A stretch of DNA of 64,000 nucleotides from an uncultured bacterium (lineage in GTDB: Bacteria > Patescibacteriota > Minisyncoccia > Phycocordibacterales > CAIRYW01), in contig CAIRYW010000004.1 of NCBI GenBank assembly GCA_903882905.1, positions 49,117 through 113,116 of the forward strand, read 5' to 3'. Below are positions 40,838-52,890 of this stretch, one piece after another. The translations under genes were made by a program, and so were the position numbers. The first letter of the stretch is position 1. The number at the start of each line of letters is the position of its first letter. Below the pieces are notes generated by a model. The model was not told the origin of the DNA. It searched no databases and worked only from the letters and a program-made list of their open reading frames with translations.

Positions 40838-41526
40838 ACGACACAGGTTTTGAAATTAGTATTTGTATTGATACAATTAACGTAAATATATTAGAAGCTA
40901 AGATCGGAAATTTAGTGAACAAGAGTGAGATTAAAGAATTTATCGACTCCTTTGTTGGAGCTCAATCAAGAACAATTATTATTGTTGATTTTGGTAATGT
41001 TGATAAATGGAAAGAAAGTTTAGGATGGAAAATAGGTATTCAGGAACTGGCAAGATTAATTAAAAATTTTTCTATAGGTAATCGAGAACTAAGAAGATTT
41101 TATTACGGTGTAGATTATGGTCCATATGAAAAAAATAAAACTCCAACTATTTGGTCTGCACAAATGATTCATCGTGCAGAAGAAAATGGATTAAAATCAG
41201 TCACTAAAAGAGTTAAATATATTCATAATTCAAACAATTCAATGGGCTATGATAAAAAATGTGATCTTGATGTTGATATGGCTATTGACTTGGTAAAAAT
41301 GAAGGACAGTTATGATAATGTGATTTTATTTTCTGGTGATGGTGATCTTATCTGCGCAACAAATTATCTTAAACAAGAATTCAGTAAAAAGATTTACGTA
41401 TTTAGTGCAAGAGGTCATATTGGGCGTGAAGTAATAGATGCTTCAAAAGAAAAACTTGTGGACTTGATTTTGTACATTGAGGATTTTGAGTACAGGCTCA
41501 ATATGGACAGATTTAGATATAAATAA
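40813..41526 (+). CDS. NYN domain (LabA/DUF88, PIN-like) protein; start uncertain
   Basis: IVDFGN, KCDLDVDMAID, FSGDGD. Confidence 0.85.
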   Translation: MWCFLVFVDDTGFEISICIDTINVNILEAKIGNLVNKSEIKEFIDSFVGAQSRTIIIVDFGNVDKWKESLGWKIGIQELARLIKNFSIGNRELRRFYYGVDYGPYEKNKTPTIWSAQMIHRAEENGLKSVTKRVKYIHNSNNSMGYDKKCDLDVDMAIDLVKMKDSYDNVILFSGDGDLICATNYLKQEFSKKIYVFSARGHIGREVIDASKEKLVDLILYIEDFEYRLNMDRFRYK

Positions 41527-41530
41527 TTCA

Positions 41531-41555
41531 AAAGCCCCGCTTTTGGCGGGGCTTT
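41531..41555. terminator. terminator hairpin
   Basis: AAAGCCCCGC-TTTTG-GCGGGGCTTT. Confidence 0.8.
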
Positions 41556-41645
41556 GATTAAAATCCGGTGCAAGTTTTACCTTACATAAATACATTACAC
41601 CACATTATGATGTAAGTCAAAAGACTTGTGTGGATAAATTTAATG

Positions 41646-42617
41646 CTATTTTCCAGACAAAGCCAATTCAATAAGGTGTTCTAGAAGTTCAGCATATGAT
41701 GATCCAACTGCCTTAATTTCCTTCGGTAAAAGTGAAGCCTCTGTTAGTCCTGGCAATGTATTTATTTCAAGGATAAAAATTCCTCTTCGTGGAGTGACAA
41801 TAAAATCAGACCTTGAATAATGTCTTGCGCCAACGGCTTGATGTGCAATTGCAGCCATTTTTTGGATTTGTTCACTTTCTTCTCTAGAAAAATTTCCAGG
41901 GCAAATTTCATCAGCTCCTTCGTCACTGCTATATTTTGATTCATAGTCAAAAAAAGCTTGGTGTTTTTTTGGAACTATTTCTACTGGCAAAAGTGAATAA
42001 ATATCTTTACCGCGAAAACTATCCAAAACACCGCAAGTTCCCTCTTTACCTTTTATGAATTCCTCGATAATAACTTCGTCATCACTTTCAAAACCTTTTT
42101 TTAATCCAGCGTCAATTTCTGCAATTGAATAAACTTTTGAAGTTCCAACAGATGAACCACCTTTAACTGGTTTTATAACTGACGGCTGAGGAAATGTTCT
42201 AAAAATTTCTCCGGCCAGTCCTGGGTGGTAATCACTTTTTTTGTAAATTTTGTGGTGAGCAATTTTTAATCCATTTTGCTTGAAAAAATCTTTTGAGAGG
42301 GCCTTGTTCATTCCAATAGCTGACGCTAAAGATTTTGAACCAGTAAACGGAATTCCAATTTGCTCCAAAAGTTTTTGAACTGTTCCATCCTCGCCGTATT
42401 GTCCGTGCATTGCATTAAAAACAACATCAGCGATTTTGTGTATGTCTTGTGGCTTAATTGGCGCACCTTTAATATGCCAAACACCATCATGATCAATGTA
42501 AACATCAATCACTTCATATTTTGATGGTAAATTTTTTATGACACTAGCACCAGTTTTTAAAGAAACTTCGTGCTCAGTGGAGGGACCTCCTCTTAGAACT
42601 GCAACTCTTTTTTTCAT
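41646..42617 (-). CDS. ddl: D-alanine-D-alanine ligase
   Basis: GGPSTEHEVSL, MHGQYGEDG, GSSVG, LEINTLPGLT. Confidence 0.96.
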   Translation of the reverse strand: MKKRVAVLRGGPSTEHEVSLKTGASVIKNLPSKYEVIDVYIDHDGVWHIKGAPIKPQDIHKIADVVFNAMHGQYGEDGTVQKLLEQIGIPFTGSKSLASAIGMNKALSKDFFKQNGLKIAHHKIYKKSDYHPGLAGEIFRTFPQPSVIKPVKGGSSVGTSKVYSIAEIDAGLKKGFESDDEVIIEEFIKGKEGTCGVLDSFRGKDIYSLLPVEIVPKKHQAFFDYESKYSSDEGADEICPGNFSREESEQIQKMAAIAHQAVGARHYSRSDFIVTPRRGIFILEINTLPGLTEASLLPKEIKAVGSSYAELLEHLIELALSGK

Positions 42618-42682
42618 ATTGTTATTTTATACCTTTTATTCTAAAAAAACTATTGCAAAAAACTTACTTAGAGGCCGGGTCT

Positions 42683-43936
42683 CTAAGTAAGGAACTGTTT
42701 TCTTCTTTTTTTTCTATGTGCAGTAATTGCAAAACGATGAGCCTCTGCATTGCTAGCTAAAATTTCCTTTTTGTATTTTGAGGCAATAATTTTATCTCCC
42801 AAAATTTCTCTGGCCTTGTGATTCTCGTCTTTTACAACAGATACAACAGGAATAGTAAGATTGGCCTCATTTAGGATTTTCCTAGCTAAATTGAGCTGAT
42901 TTTGACCTCCGTCGATGACAAAAAGGCTTGGGTAAGGCCATTCTTTATGGTTTAGACGTCTAGTTAGGACTTCCTTTAGCGCTCCGACGTCGTCACTTTT
43001 AACGGCTGTTTTGATATTAAATTTCCTATATAAATCCTTGTTAATTATTCCATTTTCCAAAACCACCATCACACCGATAGTTGAATCACCAGCAAGGTGT
43101 GCGATGTCGTAAGATTCGATTTTAAATTCACTATTCGCAAGGACCGTCCTTGAATCTTCAAAAAGGTCGGTCCTTGGATCCATTTTAATTAATGATATGT
43201 CGTGAATATGATTTAAGGCGTAAATAGTATTTCGCAACTTCCCTGCTTTTTCAAAATTTTTGATTTTTGCTTCAGCTAACATTTCTTTCTTAAGTAAACT
43301 TGAAAGAACTTTTATTTTCCCAGATAATAAAAGTTCCAGTTTTTTAATTTCTTTAACGTAATCTTTTTTTGAAATCGCTCCAATACATGTTCCGGGGCAC
43401 AATCCAATTTGGTAATTAAAACAAGGTTTTGCTCCAATTTTACATTTGCTATCTCTATAAGGAATAATTTTTCGAATAATTTTTAGAGCCTCTTTAAGCT
43501 GTGCTCCGTTTGTGTAAGGACCGAAAATAGCTTTTAGCTTGTAGCTATTAGCTTCTAGCTTTTGAAAATTGATTTCTTTTTTCCGAATAATCAAAACTCT
43601 AGGAAAATCTTCTTTTGTAATTACAATGCAATTAAAACTTTTATCGTCTTTTTCTTTCGTGTTATAAATCGGGTGAAATTTTTTTATTAAATCAGCCTCA
43701 AGCAAAAGCGCCTCAAGTACCGAGTCTGTTTTTGTAAAATCCAAATACTTTGCTTCACTAATCATTTTTACCAAGAGAGGTCCTCTTGTTCCAATTAGAT
43801 CTTTTGAAAAATAACTCTTTGTTCTATCACGCAAAGATGTTGCCTTTCCAATATAAATAGGCTTTTTATTCTTGTCTAAAAAGAAATAAACTCCTGGTGA
43901 ATCTGGTAATTTTTTAGTCTTTAAATTAATTAGCAT
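42683..43936 (-). CDS. uvrC: excinuclease ABC subunit C, short form without HhH tail
   Basis: GIY-YIG (PGVY..IYIGKA), Cys cluster, UVR motif, RNase H-like YDIAH...IDGG. Confidence 0.9.
   Translation of the reverse strand: MLINLKTKKLPDSPGVYFFLDKNKKPIYIGKATSLRDRTKSYFSKDLIGTRGPLLVKMISEAKYLDFTKTDSVLEALLLEADLIKKFHPIYNTKEKDDKSFNCIVITKEDFPRVLIIRKKEINFQKLEANSYKLKAIFGPYTNGAQLKEALKIIRKIIPYRDSKCKIGAKPCFNYQIGLCPGTCIGAISKKDYVKEIKKLELLLSGKIKVLSSLLKKEMLAEAKIKNFEKAGKLRNTIYALNHIHDISLIKMDPRTDLFEDSRTVLANSEFKIESYDIAHLAGDSTIGVMVVLENGIINKDLYRKFNIKTAVKSDDVGALKEVLTRRLNHKEWPYPSLFVIDGGQNQLNLARKILNEANLTIPVVSVVKDENHKAREILGDKIIASKYKKEILASNAEAHRFAITAHRKKRRKQFLT
43528..43562. repeat. intragenic heptamer tandem repeat (TAGCTNN x5)
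   Basis: TAGCTTT TAGCTTG TAGCTAT TAGCTTC TAGCTTT encoding KLEANSYKLKA in UvrC. Confidence 0.75.
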
Positions 43937-43999
43937 GTTTTATTATACTAAGCTTTTATTGTAATTTTATCTACCCAGGTATATTATTTGTGATGAATT

Positions 44000-44200
44000 A
44001 TGAATACGAAAACCAACGCTGATCGGACGTTGTCCTGTCTGCTCCTTCCTGGACCACAGAGTGGTCAGAATAGCGATTCGGCAGATCCGAAGCCAGAAAC
44101 AACCAAACGAGTGCCTCCGGCCGAAAGTCTCTGGAGCCGCTACGGAGAACCAGCAAAAGAAAGCCTTCTCAGGCTTCTCAATTGTCCGCTTTCTGGATGA
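44000..44200 (+). CDS. GC-richer orphan ORF
   Basis: 66-aa ATG ORF followed by terminator TCCCCG-CCTT-CGGGGATTTTT. Confidence 0.4.
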   Translation: MNTKTNADRTLSCLLLPGPQSGQNSDSADPKPETTKRVPPAESLWSRYGEPAKESLLRLLNCPLSG

Positions 44201-44365
44201 CAACAACCCCTCCCCGCCTTCGGGGATTTTTTATTTTTATACCTGTGCATAAACTACCCAAGGACCGACCTATGGTACTTTATCCACAGGTATACGACTA
44301 AGGGTAATTCTAATTTATTGACATACTGACAAATGAAAGGTACTGTAATTCAGGCCAATCTATAT

Positions 44366-44629
44366 ATGATAAAAAAAATCCTCATCTGGGCAGTAAAATT
44401 TATTGCCGTCGCGTTCTTTCTTTTCTTGTTCCTACTCGGACTGTCCGCTGGTATCTCTGAGGTATCGCACCTACTTGGGTTGCCGGTCGAAATACGATAC
44501 ACGATGACAGTTCTAACCTTTGGCTTTGCCATCGTTTTCCTTTTGTACGTCTTCCTCTGGTGTATTACAAGGGGCAACAAAGGAGTGACGTGGACAAGTA
44601 AAAGTTCTGGAAACGGAAGTAGAACGTAG
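44366..44629 (+). CDS. orphan two-TM membrane protein
   Basis: TTGACA-17-TACTGT promoter upstream, two hydrophobic helices, terminator at about 44639-44665. Confidence 0.6.
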   Translation: MIKKILIWAVKFIAVAFFLFLFLLGLSAGISEVSHLLGLPVEIRYTMTVLTFGFAIVFLLYVFLWCITRGNKGVTWTSKSSGNGSRT

Positions 44630-44672
44630 CTTCACACCATGCCCGCCTTTGGGGCATTTTTTTTTGCAAATC

Positions 44673-47303
44673 TTATAATATTTTTTTCAAATACTGTCCG
44701 GTGTAGGATTTTGAATTGTTTGCAACTTGCTCAGGAGTTCCCTTTGCCACAATTTCACCACCACCAACACCTCCATCTGGTCCAATATCTATAATAAAAT
44801 CTGACGACTTAATGACATCCATATTATGTTCAATTACAAGAACAGTATTTCCGTGCGATACAAGTCTTTCTAGAATTTCAATTAATTTTTTTACATCTTC
44901 GTAATGAAGTCCAATAGTTGGTTCATCTAGTAGATAAATTGTTTTTTCCTTGTGAGCCCTATAAAGTTCTGATGAAATTTTTACTCTTTGCGCTTCACCA
45001 CCAGAAAGAGTCGTTGCTGATTGACCAAGCTGTAAATACGAAAGACCTACTTCATCCAAAACCTTCAACCTATCATAAAGTGCAGGAATATCTTCAAAGA
45101 AATTTAATGCCTCTTCAATTGTCATTTTCAAAATATCGTAAATACTTTTCTTTTTGTATTTGATTTCTAGTGTCTCTTTCATAAATCTTTTGCCGTTGCA
45201 AATATCACATGTTACATAAACAGTCGGCAAAAAATGCATTTCAACTTCAATCATCCCATTTCCTTGGCAGGTCTCGCATCTTCCACCTTTTACGTTGAAT
45301 GAAAAACGTGATGCACTCCATCCACGCATTTTTGCTTCAGGACTGGCTGCAAATAAATCACGTACGAATGTCCAAGCTCCTGTGTAAGTTGCTGGATTTG
45401 AGCGAGGTGTTCTGCCTATTGGAGATTGATCAATTAAAATTGTTCTAGATACGTATTCAGAACCAGAAAATGAAGTTGCATTGTAGGTTTCTGCTGTTCT
45501 ATGCCTTCTCTCCAATCTTGCTAAAAGATTTTTGTATAGGATTTCATAAACAAAAGATGATTTTCCAGAACCCGAAACTCCGGTAACAGAAATTAATCTT
45601 CCAAGTGGAATTTCAATATTTAAATTTTTTATATTGTAAATTTTTCCACCAGCAATTTTTATTGAGCCTTTATTTTCTGTTCGTCTTTTTTCTGGAACCT
45701 CGATGCTTTTTTCCTCTCGTAAATATGCAAGAGTTGAAGAGTCAGAATCATTTTTCTTAGCAGTTAGAAGATTATCTAAATATCCAGAGACAACCACATT
45801 TCCTCCATGTACACCTGCCCCAGGACCAATATCAACAATGAAATCAGAAGAAAACATTGTCTCTTCATCATGCTCGACTACAAGAATAGTATTTCCCAAA
45901 TCACGTAGATTTAACAAGGTTTTTATTAGCTTTTCATTGTCCTTTTGATGAAGTCCAATAGTTGGTTCATCTAAAACATATAATGCGCCTACAAGTGAAC
46001 TTCCAAGCTGTGTGGCCAATCGAATTCTTTGTGCTTCGCCACCAGAAAGAGTTCCAGCTCGTCTATCTAGTGAAAGATATTCAATCCCGACGTTTATCAT
46101 AAAATCTAAGCGAGCTAGAATTTCTTTTATTATTACTTTTGAAATTTCTTTTTCTTTTGGTGTGAGAGAAATTTTTGTAAAAAAATCTTTTGCTTCTTTA
46201 ATTGAGAGATTTGTCAGTTCAACAATATTCTTCTTTACATCGCCACTTTTTGAATTTACTTTGTCATAAAGAAAAACATTCAAAGCTTCATCGCGCAAAC
46301 GTGCTCCATGACATTTTTCACACGCTTCCTTAACAAAAAAATCTCTTGTTCCAAGACCGTTACATTCTGTACACGCTCCGTATGGCGAGTTAAAAGAAAA
46401 AAGTCTAGGTTCAATTTCTGGATATGAAAAACCATCGTAAGGGCACATAAATTTTGATGAAATAAGCTTAGATTCATTTGGCATGACAATTCTTAACAGC
46501 CCGTTTGATTCAGTCAAACCTCTTTCGATTGATTCACTAAGGCGCTCCAAAAAACCTTTAGATCTCTCTTTTAGCTCAGATAAATAAAATTCATCAACAA
46601 GAACATCAATATCGTGTTTTTTGTTTTTTGAGAGTTCCACTCGCTCTCTTAGACTTACTTCCTTTCCGTCAATTAATGCTTTTTCAAAACCTTTGCCCAG
46701 CATATCGTAAAGCATTTGATAGTATTCACCTTTTCTTCCAACAACTATCGGAGAAAATATTTTAAACTTGGCAGAACTGACTGATACACCCATGACTTTT
46801 TTTGCAGTTTTCTCATCGCCAACAGATTCAACTGTCTCAATAATAGTTTCCAAAATTTCTTCTTTAGAAAGTTTTTTTATTTCTCTACCGCAAACTAGAC
46901 AATGTGGTTTTCCAATGCGCGCGAAAAGAATTCTCAAGTAGTCATAAATTTCAGTAATAGTTGCAACGGTTGAGCGTGGATTATTTGAACGTGATTTTTG
47001 ATCAATAGAAATAGCAGGCGAAAGACCTGTTATCTCATCAACATCAGGCTTATCCATTTGTTTCAAAAATTGTCTGGCGTAAGCAGAAAGTGACTCAATA
47101 TAACGCCTTTGCCCTTCAGCAAAAATTGTATCAAAGGCAAAAGAAGATTTTCCAGAACCGGAAAGACCAGTAACAGCAATCAGCTTATTTCGAGGCATTT
47201 CTACGTTAATATTTTTCAAATTATGGGTACGCGCCCCTTTTACAACGATTTTCTCTATATCGTCTGGAAGTTTTGCTATATATTTATTTTTTTCTTTTTC
47301 CAT
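44673..47303 (-). CDS. uvrA: excinuclease ABC subunit A
   Basis: Two ABC ATPase domains ([26 protein letters not shown] x2), zinc fingers. Confidence 0.98.
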   Translation of the reverse strand: MEKEKNKYIAKLPDDIEKIVVKGARTHNLKNINVEMPRNKLIAVTGLSGSGKSSFAFDTIFAEGQRRYIESLSAYARQFLKQMDKPDVDEITGLSPAISIDQKSRSNNPRSTVATITEIYDYLRILFARIGKPHCLVCGREIKKLSKEEILETIIETVESVGDEKTAKKVMGVSVSSAKFKIFSPIVVGRKGEYYQMLYDMLGKGFEKALIDGKEVSLRERVELSKNKKHDIDVLVDEFYLSELKERSKGFLERLSESIERGLTESNGLLRIVMPNESKLISSKFMCPYDGFSYPEIEPRLFSFNSPYGACTECNGLGTRDFFVKEACEKCHGARLRDEALNVFLYDKVNSKSGDVKKNIVELTNLSIKEAKDFFTKISLTPKEKEISKVIIKEILARLDFMINVGIEYLSLDRRAGTLSGGEAQRIRLATQLGSSLVGALYVLDEPTIGLHQKDNEKLIKTLLNLRDLGNTILVVEHDEETMFSSDFIVDIGPGAGVHGGNVVVSGYLDNLLTAKKNDSDSSTLAYLREEKSIEVPEKRRTENKGSIKIAGGKIYNIKNLNIEIPLGRLISVTGVSGSGKSSFVYEILYKNLLARLERRHRTAETYNATSFSGSEYVSRTILIDQSPIGRTPRSNPATYTGAWTFVRDLFAASPEAKMRGWSASRFSFNVKGGRCETCQGNGMIEVEMHFLPTVYVTCDICNGKRFMKETLEIKYKKKSIYDILKMTIEEALNFFEDIPALYDRLKVLDEVGLSYLQLGQSATTLSGGEAQRVKISSELYRAHKEKTIYLLDEPTIGLHYEDVKKLIEILERLVSHGNTVLVIEHNMDVIKSSDFIIDIGPDGGVGGGEIVAKGTPEQVANNSKSYTGQYLKKIL

Positions 47304-47419
47304 TTTTTGTTTTTGAACAGCAAAATAAGACCCCGATCGGGCCGTAGGGTAACAGTATAGCAGAATTATCCCCTAGACAAAAGGATTTTTATATGCAAAA
47401 TGTAGATGTTCTTTAACTT

Positions 47420-47635
47420 ATGAAAAAAAACCTGATACAGGTCCATTCACGACCCACGATGAGGCAAAGAGAAATGGGTGGTTTTCTCGGCGCCACGAGA
47501 CCAATACACAGCACAATAAGGTGCGCGAATCACGCCGACAAAAAAAAGCTCGGCAAGGAAAATTGGACAATGAATCCGCAACCTCGTCCCGGCATTTTCG
47601 TGCAGGGGGCAGCTGGTGGGATTAACCCACTTTGA
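47420..47635 (+). CDS. GC-richer orphan ORF
   Basis: 71-aa ATG ORF after a TAGACA...CAAAAT promoter-like sequence. Confidence 0.35.
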   Translation: MKKNLIQVHSRPTMRQREMGGFLGATRPIHSTIRCANHADKKKLGKENWTMNPQPRPGIFVQGAAGGINPL

Positions 47636-47663
47636 AAAAGATGGGGTGTAGCATCGTAAGATG

Positions 47664-49700
47664 CTATTTTTTTTTGCCTTTAATAATCAGTTCAGGAAAT
47701 TTTTTATAAATTTCTTTTATTTCATCACGAAGAATTGCTGCAGTTTCGAAATCTAGTTCTTTGACGGCTTTTTCCATTTCTTTTTCAATTGATTTGATAA
47801 ATTCTCTTGGATTTTTCTCGATCATTTTTTTACCAATCAAGATTTCTGCACCAACGGTTTTGTCATGCTCAGATTGCATCATATCTGTAATGTCCTGAAT
47901 TTTTTTAATAATCGTCATCGGCGTAATTTTGTTTTTTGTATTGTGAGCAGTTTGAATAGCTCTTCTTCTCTCAGTTTCTGAGATAGCTTTTTTCATCGCG
48001 TCAGTCTCTTTATCTGCATAAAGAATCACCCTACCTTCTGTATTTCGAGCAGCTCTACCAATAATCTGAATAAGAGAAGTTTCTGATCTCAAAAATCCTT
48101 GTTTATCAGCATCAAATATTCCGATAAGTGATACTTCAGGTAAATCCAAGCCTTCTCGAAGAAGATTCACTCCAATAAGCACATCAAACTTCCCTTTTCT
48201 AAAGTCAGTCAAAATCGTTATACGATCGATAGTTAGGATTTCACTGTGTAGATATTCAGCCTTAATATTTTGCTCTTTTAAATATTCAGATAAATCTTCG
48301 GCCATTTTTTTGGTCAAAGTTGTACCAATTGCTCTAAAACCTTTTTTAATTTCTTTTTTTGCTTCTTCTATAAAATCTTTTATTTGCCCACTGTAATTTT
48401 TTCCACTAGTAATTTTTTTAATTTCAACTTTTGGATCAATTAATCCAGTTGGTCGAATAACTTGCTCAACTGTTTGAGAGCTATTTTCTTTTTCAAACAC
48501 AGCCGGAGTAGCAGATGTAAAAATAACTTGTCCAACTCTTTCTTCAAACTCATTAAATTTGAGTGGTCTGTTGTCCTTTGCAGATGGAAGTCTGAAACCG
48601 TAATCAACTAAAGTATTTTTTCTTGAGGCATCCCCAGCATACATTCCACCAATCTGTGGCACCGTTACGTGTGATTCATCAATTATAGTTAGAAAATCTG
48701 GCTTTCCATCCTTGGTTTTAGGAAAATATGAAAGCAGTGTATCTGGAGCTTCACCTGGCAATTTACCAGAAAAATGTCTTGAGTAATTTTCTATTCCATT
48801 GCAATATCCAACTTCGCGAATTAGAGCTAGGTCATAATTTGTGCGTCTTTTGATTCTTTCAGCTTCAAGTGGCTTTTTTTCTTTTTCAAAAACTTTTAGC
48901 TGATCTGCCAACTCACTTTTGATTGTTTTGACAGCCCTGTCCCTTTCTTCTTTTCCAGTAACAAAGTGCTTCGCCGGAAAAAGGAAAAAAGTTTTTACAT
49001 CTTCAAGGATATTTCTTGTAATTGCATCAACTTTCGAAATTTTAGAAATTTTTTCCTCTTGAAAATCAATTTTAAAAATAATTTTTTCATTTACAGGCAT
49101 TATTTCAACAGTGTTTCCTAATGCTCTGAAAAGACCAGGAGTAAGATCTGCGTTTGTTCTATCAAAATAAATTGCTATAAGTTTACGTGCTAAATCGTTT
49201 CTTGAAATTTTATCTTCAACAGAAATTTTTAAATTTACTTTTTCGTATTCCTCAGGCGAACCCAAACCATAAATACAAGAAACTGAAGCAACAATAATGA
49301 CGTCTTTTCTTGTTAAAAGGGCCTGCGTTGTGGCGTGACGAAGTCTCTCTATCTCAGTATTAATCTGAGCCTCTTTCTCAATATAAGTATCGCTAACCGG
49401 CATATATGCTTCGGGCTGATAGTAATCATAATAAGATACAAAATAATGCACTGCATTTTCCGGGAAAAATTCTCTATACTCTTGAGCAAGTTGAGCTGCA
49501 AGAGTTTTGTTGTGAGCAATTACGAGAGTTGGCTTGCCAATCTGCTGTATGACATTTGCAGCGGTAAAAGTCTTACCAGAGCCTGTAACACCCAAAAGAG
49601 TTTGAAATCTTTGTCCCTTTTTTACACCCTTAACAAGAGCCTCAATTGCTTTTGGTTGGTCTCCTGCCGGAGAGTATTTTGATGTTAATTTGAAAGCCAC
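47664..49700 (-). CDS. uvrB: excinuclease ABC subunit B
   Basis: PAGDQP, GVTGSGKT, YFVSYYDYYQPEAY, IDESH, LLREGLDLPEV; likely GTG start at 49700. Confidence 0.98.
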   Translation of the reverse strand: MAFKLTSKYSPAGDQPKAIEALVKGVKKGQRFQTLLGVTGSGKTFTAANVIQQIGKPTLVIAHNKTLAAQLAQEYREFFPENAVHYFVSYYDYYQPEAYMPVSDTYIEKEAQINTEIERLRHATTQALLTRKDVIIVASVSCIYGLGSPEEYEKVNLKISVEDKISRNDLARKLIAIYFDRTNADLTPGLFRALGNTVEIMPVNEKIIFKIDFQEEKISKISKVDAITRNILEDVKTFFLFPAKHFVTGKEERDRAVKTIKSELADQLKVFEKEKKPLEAERIKRRTNYDLALIREVGYCNGIENYSRHFSGKLPGEAPDTLLSYFPKTKDGKPDFLTIIDESHVTVPQIGGMYAGDASRKNTLVDYGFRLPSAKDNRPLKFNEFEERVGQVIFTSATPAVFEKENSSQTVEQVIRPTGLIDPKVEIKKITSGKNYSGQIKDFIEEAKKEIKKGFRAIGTTLTKKMAEDLSEYLKEQNIKAEYLHSEILTIDRITILTDFRKGKFDVLIGVNLLREGLDLPEVSLIGIFDADKQGFLRSETSLIQIIGRAARNTEGRVILYADKETDAMKKAISETERRRAIQTAHNTKNKITPMTIIKKIQDITDMMQSEHDKTVGAEILIGKKMIEKNPREFIKSIEKEMEKAVKELDFETAAILRDEIKEIYKKFPELIIKGKKK

Positions 49701-50006
49701 CCCACCACTATACAAAAAAAATACGCCCTTCGCTATCGAAGCTAGGCGTACGCCTTTAAATAATCGCCGGCACTGTGCAGAGGATTGTGCCCCAAGGCCG
49801 AGAATCAAACCGCCTTCCGTAGGTGAGTTCAGGTACCTCGACAATTTTGGGCCTTTTTGTTGGGTCAAGACCACCAGAATCGATATCTGGACGAGTAAAG
49901 AACTGGTGAACCGACGCTCCTGGATCTGGATTGTGTTTCATGTGGTTATTGGTTTAATAAAATTATACTCCAAATTATTTTTATGCAAATAGGTAGACAA
50001 ACTGAA

Positions 50007-51733
<1,727 letters not shown>

Positions 51734-51793
51734 ATTTTTTTATTTGTTTTCTAATATTACTGTTCAATTATATCACATGACAATTTTTAATTT

Positions 51794-52339
51794 CTAGACT
51801 CGTTTGGAGTCCAAATATTGCTTTAACAGATGAAAAGCTTTACCTCTATGACTTAAAGAGTTTTTTTCATCTGTAGTCATTTCGGCAAATGTTTTATCAA
51901 AACCGTCTGGCATGAAAATAGGATCAAAACCAAAACCTTTTTCGCCTTTTGGAGCAACAATTTTTCCGTGTACTGCACCTTGAAAATAAATAATATTGTC
52001 TGGATTTTCTGCATACCCTATCTGAGCATAAAAAACTGCTCCGTTATTTTCTTCGGATTTTTTAACCAGATTATATACTCCGTTCAAACCTAAACTTTTT
52101 AAAAACCACTTTGCTAAAGGGCCTGGAAAACCGTTTAGAGCCATAATTTCAATTCCAACATCATCAATGACAAATGGTCCGCTATGGGATTTTAGTGCCT
52201 CTTTAATTTTGTGCTCGATAATTTTCTTTGGATCCAGTTCTTGGATTTCATCAAGATCTAATTCTAAAATATCTAATTCTGGAATAATTTTTTTTGCTTC
52301 TTCAAATTTATTTCTGTTTCCTGTTATAAAGTGGATCAT
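51794..52339 (-). CDS. rdgB: non-canonical purine NTP pyrophosphatase (HAM1/RdgB family)
   Basis: TGNRNK, GFPGP, GFGFDPIF, SHRGKA. Confidence 0.92.
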   Translation of the reverse strand: MIHFITGNRNKFEEAKKIIPELDILELDLDEIQELDPKKIIEHKIKEALKSHSGPFVIDDVGIEIMALNGFPGPLAKWFLKSLGLNGVYNLVKKSEENNGAVFYAQIGYAENPDNIIYFQGAVHGKIVAPKGEKGFGFDPIFMPDGFDKTFAEMTTDEKNSLSHRGKAFHLLKQYLDSKRV

Positions 52340-52342
52340 ATT

Positions 52343-52888
52343 TTATAAAATAGCTTTTAAACACCTTGGAAGTTTATGCCAACCGCTCGAACCATTAAGG
52401 TGACCACCTTTCTTTACTATTGTTAATTCAGCACTTAACAATTTTGATAGCTCTATAGCCTCACTGAGGGGTACCAAAGGGTCATTATCACCATGAATTA
52501 TAAAAAAACTCTTCGCTTTTGACTTAATTTTTTTGAAATCAAAAGGCTTATTCAAAAATTTATTTACAAATTTATTATCTGTTTTTTTTATCGGTCCCGA
52601 GACTAGTACTACTCGTGATATTTTTTTGGTTCCTTTATAAATTTCTAAAAATCTTAAAATCGCTGGTACACCTAAGCTATGTCCAACGAGACAAATTTCA
52701 TCTTTTTGATTTTTATTGACGTGTCTAGAAATCTCATCTACCCATTCACTGCAAATAGGTTTTTTTGGTGCCGGCATAGAAAGCGCACAGCAATAGACAT
52801 CTTTTTTGTCGAGTTCACTCATTAACCAAGGTCGCCAACCTCCATTAGGAGATCCATCGAAACCATGAATTATAAAAACTTTTTTCAT
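52343..52888 (-). CDS. RBBP9/YdeN family alpha/beta hydrolase
   Basis: IIHG, GHSLG, DNDPLV, GGHLN. Confidence 0.9.
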   Translation of the reverse strand: MKKVFIIHGFDGSPNGGWRPWLMSELDKKDVYCCALSMPAPKKPICSEWVDEISRHVNKNQKDEICLVGHSLGVPAILRFLEIYKGTKKISRVVLVSGPIKKTDNKFVNKFLNKPFDFKKIKSKAKSFFIIHGDNDPLVPLSEAIELSKLLSAELTIVKKGGHLNGSSGWHKLPRCLKAIL

Positions 52889-52890
52889 TA

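Noticed and set aside
42683-43936. uvrC as a pseudogene
   Set aside because: Uninterrupted frame with both nuclease domains; only the HhH tail is missing.
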